Positions 29,601 through 36,256 of a stretch of 64,000 nt of DNA are shown in pieces. Every line of letters begins with the position of its first letter. Position 1 is the stretch's first letter. The position numbers were made by a program, and so were the translations under genes. A model generated the notes under the pieces. The model saw only the letters and a list, made by a program, of their open reading frames with translations, was not told the DNA's origin and ran no database searches. Location: the IMG/VR virus record IMGVR_UViG_3300019776_000324, positions 248,001 to 312,000 of that record. One strand, 5' to 3'.

Positions 29601-30849
29601 TAGTCAGTATGCTGCAGGCGAGCTCACAGCTGAGCAACTCAAAAAGCAATGGGCCGAAAAGACCATTGGCAAAGAAAAGAAAATGAACCAGCGTTGGAAA
29701 CTGTTCCAATTTGATAAAGTTGCTGACCAATGGTTGCCTGTCCCGGGTGCTGAGTGGAACGGTTACACTGAAGATCAAGTTAAAAATGCAGTATGGAGCA
29801 AGTATGGTCGCGAAGCATTAGACTCAGGTGAGTATGAATTACGCAACATGAGTGAAGATCAACAGTGGGAAGTCTACGATGTCAACACCGGTGATGTTCT
29901 TGAAATTGTTAAAGGCAAGAACAAAGGCGAAGTTGCTGACAAAGTGTACGACAAGTATAAGGATCAAGGAATAGGATTCAATGTTCGTCCGTATGAGGAT
30001 CCAACTACATTGACTCCTCGTGCCAAGTTAGCCAAGCGTATCGCTCAACCCAAGCAAGAACCTGACCAGACTGTAGATATGACGCCCGGTAATTGGGAAT
30101 TTTTCTACGAACCAACTGGACGAGTACTTGACGCAGTCTCTGGCGTTAGCACAACTCAAGCTAGAGCTGTGCTGGCTGATGTTCAACGCCGTTATAATGA
30201 TTTGGCCGCACCTAGTATTAAGATGCGTAAAACTGGTGAAGCCGCACCGGATGTAGCACAAAACTTTAGTCAAAATCCTAACCCAACAGCACCTATAGCC
30301 AATCAAGTGCGTATGCCTAACGGTGTGCCTGTTTGGGAATTGTTTGATATTGATACTGGCAGTGCCTTACATGCTATTGCTGATCATACTGGTCGCGAAG
30401 CATATACTCAAGGCATGGCATGGTTGCGCTCAGTTGGTGCTGAAAATCCAGAAACATACGGCGAGCGTTTTGCTATTCGTCCCAAGCGTTTACAACCAGG
30501 AGAACAAAATTTATCAGCTCCGCAAGATGCTACACAACGAGTAGGATCCTGGAGCATATATGATGTTACCTTAGGAAGAGAAATCAGTAGAATGGACGAT
30601 GTTTCGTTCGCACAGGCTGATGCTCGTGCTAATGAATTAGAGCGTAGCACTGGACATAACATGTCAGTTAGAGGTTTATCTGAGAACTTTGCCGATGGCA
30701 AGGGTCCCGGTCGCCCAGGAGATAGTCAGCGTCACGGAATACCTAAAGGTGCTACTATAGCTGAGTTAGAAAAAGCAGCTAAAGCACCAGGTCGTAAAGG
30801 ACAATTGGCCCGTTGGCAGTTAAATATGCGTAGAGGAAAGAAAAAATGA
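26650..30849 (+). CDS. Polyvalent protein: Pol-beta-type nucleotidyltransferase + HExxH metallopeptidase + putative amidoligase + small modules
   Basis: GSNA..SDIDLH; VAHELTH..E.EANA; GFEAE..EPDSSL..GLEIVSPP..STGLH..IEFRS. Start MNILE 5 nt after TAAATA. Confidence 0.8.
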   Translation: MNILELDSYNLADAVKFNKTLNPKIWAGETMRPEVREKLLAIAEDFKEFLGLSDIEVKDITVSGSNANYSYTPYSDIDLHLVVDIPRADNDEVYRELFDAKKYQYNDLHDYKIGGYDVELYVENANEPPVSKGVYSILNSDWINIPRKIRSEVNDNAVRSKYEDLKHRIDNAIASDDSQVIDRLAKKIKDLRQAGLDAHGELGAENLAYKMLRTQGKIKELYDARNAAKDQELSLKERAPKEKFTYGFKEDVGMSWDGVSPTTKMFLSEEPPELTDEEVLRDFIKFCVQELKIEALPKVKLRRDPQWSVRNKTFGRYINDIHTLEVAFGQRHIMDVLRTVAHELTHKHQHERDGAKMGADAGETGSPWENEANARAGILMRDYGRLHPELFDSSQTELGESASGYIPTKKQANDPRFKMALTKDIRPGQLGKEANKLKLKTDSQGHPQIANPNGLFEKLALELNQFKRRGTVLESEQLDEVSMRPSSLKQFANSEEAKGIQAGFEAELIFRDTTSDENDGEDMEPDYDMDERCRSISQVVEFFQDDEYGYGLTERQASRLQDSLDEQYMEWSDEQMYDAWRDERDELIKDAWLREKSMDERIHAALVDGLDLTDAQADAVVKLHDDRASGKIKGSEMSDEQLEMASQYSEAVSIAEDILQEDVEQTIEKEDGFYDEVLDDFRSNFYVDDDSGFFDDVGLRWMSDVANSYDLGWPYLTGGGGNDGSRSWEEIGDSLQQAVDMPVKVSSGYHSATRKPGLWIVEPDSSLEPDDREDYGLEIVSPPMPLEQALEKLKQVADWANREGDAYTNSSTGLHMGVSVPYKGGDVDYLKLILFLGDEYVLKSFGRQANTYTKSAMSKFKENIKGGRTDPMSVIKLMQHGLLELAQREVQKGVGEGKYTSAHKQNKYIEFRSAGGDWLAGTNPMLGEADDGFVAGSMDKLQNTMMRYAYAMYLASRPDLERREYAKKLYKLIAPEGDSQLALFSQYAAGELTAEQLKKQWAEKTIGKEKKMNQRWKLFQFDKVADQWLPVPGAEWNGYTEDQVKNAVWSKYGREALDSGEYELRNMSEDQQWEVYDVNTGDVLEIVKGKNKGEVADKVYDKYKDQGIGFNVRPYEDPTTLTPRAKLAKRIAQPKQEPDQTVDMTPGNWEFFYEPTGRVLDAVSGVSTTQARAVLADVQRRYNDLAAPSIKMRKTGEAAPDVAQNFSQNPNPTAPIANQVRMPNGVPVWELFDIDTGSALHAIADHTGREAYTQGMAWLRSVGAENPETYGERFAIRPKRLQPGEQNLSAPQDATQRVGSWSIYDVTLGREISRMDDVSFAQADARANELERSTGHNMSVRGLSENFADGKGPGRPGDSQRHGIPKGATIAELEKAAKAPGRKGQLARWQLNMRRGKKK

Positions 30850-31397
30850 GAGCTAGTGATTTTATAACAGAAGCAGTTAAACAACGCTTGGATCCCAAGT
30901 GCTGGAAGGGCAAGCACAAAGAAGGCACCAAAGTAAAAGGTGGTGTTAGAGTTAACAACTGTGTGCCCAACGAAAGTGTTGAACTAGATGAAGAATTTGA
31001 TCTTATCGAAAGCATTATTGAAACACTAGCTGAACGCAATCAAGTTGATGCTGAAGCTATCTGGGAAGATCTAGAGTCATTAACTGATGATGAGCTGTAT
31101 GTGTTTGCTACTACAACTCCAGTCATGGAAGATTGGCAAAAAGTCAATAAGAAGGACAAAACAGATGGCATGAGTACAAAAGCTGTTAAGGCCTATCGTC
31201 GTGAACATCCTGGTTCAAAGTTAAAGACTGCTGTGACTACCAAGCCCAGCAAGTTAAAGAAGGGTAGTAAAGCCAGCAAGCGTCGTAAGAGTTATTGCTC
31301 ACGCTCAAAGGGTCAAATGAAAATGCACAACATCAGCTGTGCGAAAACTCCAGATAAAGCTATCTGCAAAGCCCGCCGTCGTTGGAACTGTGAATGA
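30846..31397 (+). CDS. Putative head-internal protein with basic Cys-containing modules
   Basis: MRASDFITEA leader; CWKG..NCVP and RRKSYC.RS.GQ..ICKARRRWNC. Confidence 0.65.
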   Translation: MRASDFITEAVKQRLDPKCWKGKHKEGTKVKGGVRVNNCVPNESVELDEEFDLIESIIETLAERNQVDAEAIWEDLESLTDDELYVFATTTPVMEDWQKVNKKDKTDGMSTKAVKAYRREHPGSKLKTAVTTKPSKLKKGSKASKRRKSYCSRSKGQMKMHNISCAKTPDKAICKARRRWNCE

Positions 31398-33385
31398 GAT
31401 TTAAGGAATTTGTCACAGAATACAGCCAGCTAAAAACACAGCGGGCTCATCGTGATGGCTTAGATCTTGAGGTTCGTAGTAATGATGAAAATGTAAGCAT
31501 CTATGCTTATGCCAATGGTAAAGAACTTGCCCATGTGCATTTTGATCGAGTTGGTAACAATATTCTACCATATGATTTAGAAGTGGGCGAACACTATCGC
31601 GGTCAAGGTATTGCTAGTGTAATGTATGATTATGCCAAAGAGTTAGGCTATACAATAAAACGCAGTAGCGAGCAAACAGATGCAGGTCGTGCATTCTGGA
31701 ATAAGAATCGCGGTGAAGAAGGAAACATTTGGGAAGATAAAACACTAGATCCTGAGATCTATGGTGAGATGCTTCCCACCTCCACAGTCAAGCGCATTGT
31801 TACCAGTGTAATGAAACAAGTAGATCCTACAGCTAAAGTCACAGTTAAACAAAGTCCAGAAGGTTACTATAATGTTAATAGTGACAAACTTAGATTAGAC
31901 TTTGGTATCACTGCTGATGGTGGCGAGATCAATGCCAACATTGTTAATGCTTATAGTAGTTACAAGGGTGCTGGTGTTGTTACTAACATATTTGCTCAAT
32001 GCTTTAAGGCCGCAGAACAACTATGGGGCAAGCCCGCTAAGTTTGTTATGAGTGCTCACGAAGATCGTGGACACGGAGTATGGCAACACATAGCACAGAA
32101 ACTAGGTGCTGAGTGGCAAGGTAGCATAAGTGAAATAGCCCGCATACCAAATGATTACTATTCTGGAGGTAAAGAATCGTTACCCATTAACCCATCTGCT
32201 AGAAAATCCCAAATAAAACCGTTACCAGGTGGCAGTGGATTTGGATATTATACTCGCGAAGCGCCTGGTAGTATCATTATTTACATTGTGGATCCTAACA
32301 AGCCAGCTGAGCAACGAGATAATAAAAATGATATTATTGTAGCCATGTTAAGTTTAGATAAATGTCAATGGATTCCTGGTGCCTATACAGTTAATTCAGT
32401 CACTACAGACGAGGCGTATCGAGGTCGTGGACTTGGACATAGTTTGTATGGTATAGCATTATCAATCTTAGGTCTTACATTAGTTTCTGGAACCGAACAA
32501 ACATCTAGTGGTAGAAGTATGTGGAAAACAATAAGCAATTTTCCTGGAGTAGACATTAAAGGTTATACCAAAGCAACAGATAATCAAGCAAAACAACTAT
32601 TAAAACAAAATGGTGCTCAACCACTTACCGGAGACTATTGGACTTTTCCTATCAAACAAGGTAAACACGAACTTAAAAGCACCATACCGGATGTGCCAAC
32701 ATATCATACTCAATTTGCTAAAGATGTGCCGTACCACAAAATCTATAGAACTGGTCTAATTGCCAAGTGGAATCCAGGTCGAACTAATACTGTAAATGAA
32801 ATAGCCCGCATACCACAAAGCGAACTAGGTGACTGGGGAGAAGAAGGAACTATTGTTCCACCAGAACATCCAGTAGAAAAGAAGCCATTGCCTGGCGGCA
32901 GTAAGTTTACCTATGCTGTAGATAAAAACAGCCAGGGCAATCTAGAAATACTAATATTCGATGGCGAAAAGTTAGCTGCCGAATTAGACTTGTTTGAAAC
33001 AGGTGATGTGCTGAACACTTGGGGTGTAGAAACTATTGTAGTTGAACGCCCATATCGTGGACAGGGGTTGGGCAAAGCCTTATATGGTATTGCCTTAAGC
33101 ATACTAAAACTTACCATAGAAGCTGGCTCAACACAAACACGACATGGCCAACAGATGTGGTTAATGCTTAACAGTATTCCAGGAGTAGAAGTCAAAGGCT
33201 ACACTATGGTTCCTACTGCCAAGTATCAACCTAACAAGAATGATACCATTGTCAAGCAAGACAAAGACTGGACTCGTTATACATTCCCGGTTCATCCAGG
33301 AAAACAAAGTATGCGTAGTGGTCGCCCAGGTGCTGGACTTTATACTAGTCAAGCAACTATGATAGCTAAATGGACAGGTAAATGA
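31394..33385 (+). CDS. Tandem GNAT-acetyltransferase polyprotein (4 domains)
   Basis: Acetyl-CoA motif A: YRGQGIA (31595), YKGAGV (31961), YRGRGLG (32417), YRGQGLG (33053); three are followed by QT..G...W. Confidence 0.8.
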   Translation: MRFKEFVTEYSQLKTQRAHRDGLDLEVRSNDENVSIYAYANGKELAHVHFDRVGNNILPYDLEVGEHYRGQGIASVMYDYAKELGYTIKRSSEQTDAGRAFWNKNRGEEGNIWEDKTLDPEIYGEMLPTSTVKRIVTSVMKQVDPTAKVTVKQSPEGYYNVNSDKLRLDFGITADGGEINANIVNAYSSYKGAGVVTNIFAQCFKAAEQLWGKPAKFVMSAHEDRGHGVWQHIAQKLGAEWQGSISEIARIPNDYYSGGKESLPINPSARKSQIKPLPGGSGFGYYTREAPGSIIIYIVDPNKPAEQRDNKNDIIVAMLSLDKCQWIPGAYTVNSVTTDEAYRGRGLGHSLYGIALSILGLTLVSGTEQTSSGRSMWKTISNFPGVDIKGYTKATDNQAKQLLKQNGAQPLTGDYWTFPIKQGKHELKSTIPDVPTYHTQFAKDVPYHKIYRTGLIAKWNPGRTNTVNEIARIPQSELGDWGEEGTIVPPEHPVEKKPLPGGSKFTYAVDKNSQGNLEILIFDGEKLAAELDLFETGDVLNTWGVETIVVERPYRGQGLGKALYGIALSILKLTIEAGSTQTRHGQQMWLMLNSIPGVEVKGYTMVPTAKYQPNKNDTIVKQDKDWTRYTFPVHPGKQSMRSGRPGAGLYTSQATMIAKWTGK

Positions 33386-34113
33386 CAACAGTTACCGGTG
33401 GCGTAGTAACAACTGATGGTGCATATACTGTACGCACTTTTGAAACCTCTGGCACATTAACTGTGTCTGGCGGAACATTAACTGATGTGCAATACTTGTT
33501 GATTGCTGGCGGCGGTCGTGCCGCAGTTCCAACTAGTTCCTATGTGGCCGGTGGAGGTGCTGGTGGTGCTCTAACAGGCAACATTACTCTTAATGCTGGT
33601 ACATATCCTGTAGTCATAGGTGAAGCTACAATAAGTAGTGCTTTTAATGATCTTGTAACTATACCCGGCGGCACAGGAGGATTTTATGGTAATGGATTCT
33701 CAGGTGGTTCAGGTGGTGGTGGTGGAGTAATAGGTGTTACTCATATAAATTTTCAGAACTTTGTTGCTGGCAATGGCACACCCGGACAAGGACATGCAGG
33801 GGGCAATCCCTATGGTGGTGGATATCCACCATTTGGCCCAGGTGGCGGTGGTGGTGCATCAGGACCCGGTGGACAAGGCAGTGCTGACGGAGTTGGTGGT
33901 GCAGGTGGCCCAGGCTTAGCCAGCGATATAACTGGTAATACTGTTTATTATGCAGGTGGCGGTGCTGGCAAAGGACCCAAAGGTATTGGGAATAATAGCC
34001 CCGGATACGACAACTACGGAGCTGGCGGTGGTTACTCAAGCACGGTAAATAATAACTACGGAGAGTTACTATCTCCACAACCCGGAGTGTTGATTTTAAG
34101 GTACCTAACATGA
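33382..34113 (+). CDS. Glycine-rich domain protein (phage virion-associated type)
   Basis: YTV.TF..SG.L, YL.IAGGG, GGGAGG, YYAGGGAG, GV.ILRY. Confidence 0.7.
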   Translation: MTTVTGGVVTTDGAYTVRTFETSGTLTVSGGTLTDVQYLLIAGGGRAAVPTSSYVAGGGAGGALTGNITLNAGTYPVVIGEATISSAFNDLVTIPGGTGGFYGNGFSGGSGGGGGVIGVTHINFQNFVAGNGTPGQGHAGGNPYGGGYPPFGPGGGGGASGPGGQGSADGVGGAGGPGLASDITGNTVYYAGGGAGKGPKGIGNNSPGYDNYGAGGGYSSTVNNNYGELLSPQPGVLILRYLT

Positions 34114-34322
34114 GATTTCAAGAAATAGTCGAAGCTAAAAACACAAATCCTATTGTAAATTACAATTTGTGGACAGCACAGGTACAGATCAAACAACCTA
34201 ACTATGTTGGCCGTATTGATGTTACTGTAACTGCTGCCAACGCACAAGATGCTCGCTTGTTAATGAAATCACAGTATGGTGTTGAATTTTGGCAAATTGG
34301 CAGTGTTAAACAAGTAAAATGA
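34110..34322 (+). CDS. Small putative head-internal protein
   Basis: MRFQEIVEA leader; V.A.N..DAR..K.QYG. Confidence 0.6.
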   Translation: MRFQEIVEAKNTNPIVNYNLWTAQVQIKQPNYVGRIDVTVTAANAQDARLLMKSQYGVEFWQIGSVKQVK

Positions 34323-34681
34323 GACTCAAAGAATTCGAACAAAAAGGCACTGATGCTGAACATGTGCTTGCTTATGTAAACAGCATACATCACGGCTTCA
34401 ATATTCCTGATACTATTTTAAATCACCCACAATGGCGCAAGACTCGTGTGCCACTAAACAAGCTACATATTCCCGACGAAGAAGGCGAAGACCTAGAAGA
34501 TCCGTACAATCGAGTACAGTGGATTGACTATGATCAAGTTAAAAGCGTTGATCGCCAATACATTGAAACACATCCTATTGTAGTAGACACCAATGGGCAT
34601 ATTATCGACGGTAATCACCGTGCTATAGCCGCTAAACTAGGCGGCATGTTTGACATTCCGGCATACATACCCACCAAATAA
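34319..34681 (+). CDS. ParB/sulfiredoxin-like domain protein
   Basis: PIVV....IIDGNHR..AA..G...IPAY. Confidence 0.75.
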   Translation: MRLKEFEQKGTDAEHVLAYVNSIHHGFNIPDTILNHPQWRKTRVPLNKLHIPDEEGEDLEDPYNRVQWIDYDQVKSVDRQYIETHPIVVDTNGHIIDGNHRAIAAKLGGMFDIPAYIPTK

Positions 34682-34699
34682 TATACAGCTAAATACAGC

Positions 34700-34993
34700 A
34701 TGGATAAGAAATTTGTGCGAGTATTAGCTGATGTACATTGCGAATGGGAAGGCCTAGATCCTATCTATCGTTTGTATGTTAATGACGAACTATTTGCCGA
34801 GCGCACATGGACATGGGCCAGTGCTTATCTTGAAGAAAATCTACAAATTGAAGCTGAACCCGGCGAATATACTATACGCTACGAATTAGTACAGCCGCAT
34901 CTAGCTGAATTAAAAGTAGAAAATATCCGTGTTGATTTTGGACCCGGAGTTATAGAAAATAATGTACTAAGGATTACCAATGAGACTGTATGA
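34700..34993 (+). CDS. Hypothetical protein
   Basis: TAAATA 4 nt upstream; YRLYVNDELF.ERTW. Confidence 0.65.
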   Translation: MDKKFVRVLADVHCEWEGLDPIYRLYVNDELFAERTWTWASAYLEENLQIEAEPGEYTIRYELVQPHLAELKVENIRVDFGPGVIENNVLRITNETV

Positions 34994-35180
34994 ATTTGTT
35001 AACTTGACTGAAGAAGCAAGTGCTTGTAGCACCACAGCAGGCAGTATTGCTCCGGTAAGTTCACCCATTGGTGGAATGGTCGCAAGAAATGCAGGATCTT
35101 TCTTTGCTGGTAAATACACTACTGACGATGCAACGCCTAATACGCCTGCAGAGTACAAAAAGTATAAACGGAAGAAATAA
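34980..35180 (+). CDS. Small putative head-internal protein
   Basis: MRLYEFVNLTEE leader; basic C-terminus. Confidence 0.6.
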   Translation: MRLYEFVNLTEEASACSTTAGSIAPVSSPIGGMVARNAGSFFAGKYTTDDATPNTPAEYKKYKRKK

Positions 35181-35620
35181 TGTTAGCTGATTTATTAAAA
35201 ACTTACTTGGCCAGTACATTTTCGTACTATTTAAAAGCCCACATGTTCCATTGGAATGTGGAAGGTCCAGACTTTGGCGAACTACATGGTTTCTTTTCAC
35301 AAATTTATGAAGATGCGTTTGATGCAGTAGATCCTATTGCTGAATTTATCCGTACTGCAGAAGAATATGCCCCAGGAAGCCTAACCCGCTTTCATGAATT
35401 AACACAAATACAGGACCAAACCAAGGTCCCTCGTGCCCGATTAATGTTAGAAGAATTACTCGCAGATACACAGACCATGAAAGATCTAAGCAAACAAGTG
35501 TTTGATGTTTCAACCCAAGAAGGTCGTGATGATGTTGCAAACTTTGCCGCAGATAGACTAAGCCAACACGGCAAGTACATGTGGCAACTTAAGAGTTATT
35601 TGAAAGACGCTAGGGCATGA
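35180..35620 (+). CDS. dps: Dps family ferritin-like DNA-protection protein
   Basis: K.H.FHWNVEG..F.ELH..F..IYE.....D.IAE; H.KY.WQL. Confidence 0.92.
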   Translation: MLADLLKTYLASTFSYYLKAHMFHWNVEGPDFGELHGFFSQIYEDAFDAVDPIAEFIRTAEEYAPGSLTRFHELTQIQDQTKVPRARLMLEELLADTQTMKDLSKQVFDVSTQEGRDDVANFAADRLSQHGKYMWQLKSYLKDARA

Positions 35621-35623
35621 TCA

Positions 35624-36244
35624 ATGCAAGACCATAACGATATATACTCCATTGTAGAACGCCTCCGTATGTTGGAGGAAGGTCTTGACAAGAATCAAAA
35701 GAGTGTCAATCAACTCAGTGCCACATTTAAACCAAAAACAGTAGCAGTACTCACAGCCAAAACAGATCCTAAAAATCCTCTAGCCGGCAAGCTGGTTGGT
35801 GGCGCAGAAGAAAGCGTAGAGTCCGACGAAGAGCCATTGGAAGAAGCTATTACTAGCGAAGATGTGCTGGACAAAGTTAAAAAATCATTTGCTGATTATC
35901 TAAGTAATATAGCAGATGAAATCAAACAAGATTCCGATCTCAAAGACAAGAAAAAAGAAGATACTGATCTAAAGCAAAAAGAAAAGAAGGATCGTGATCT
36001 TGTTTCTAAACAAATCGATGAACATGGTACTAATCTTCCAGAAGCAGTCAAATGTGTCACTATGGAAGATGGTCGCGTTTGTGAAATACACGGCGATGAC
36101 AACTCTGGGTTTGAGATCCACCACGGTAACCGTAGTTTACCAACAAGATTTAAAGATTTAGCTGAAGCCGAAATGGCTTTAGAAATGTTTATGAGTCGTC
36201 GTCGTAAGACTGACGAAGCACAAGATTATATTGAAGAAGCTTAA
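35624..36244 (+). CDS. Hypothetical acidic/charged protein
   Basis: 206-aa ORF ending DYIEEA. Confidence 0.65.
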   Translation: MQDHNDIYSIVERLRMLEEGLDKNQKSVNQLSATFKPKTVAVLTAKTDPKNPLAGKLVGGAEESVESDEEPLEEAITSEDVLDKVKKSFADYLSNIADEIKQDSDLKDKKKEDTDLKQKEKKDRDLVSKQIDEHGTNLPEAVKCVTMEDGRVCEIHGDDNSGFEIHHGNRSLPTRFKDLAEAEMALEMFMSRRRKTDEAQDYIEEA

Positions 36245-36256
36245 GGAAAAAAAGAA

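Noticed and set aside
34319-34681. Plasmid or prophage partition system
   Set aside because: Only an isolated ParB/Srx-type catalytic domain, with no HTH, no ParA and no parS repeats nearby.
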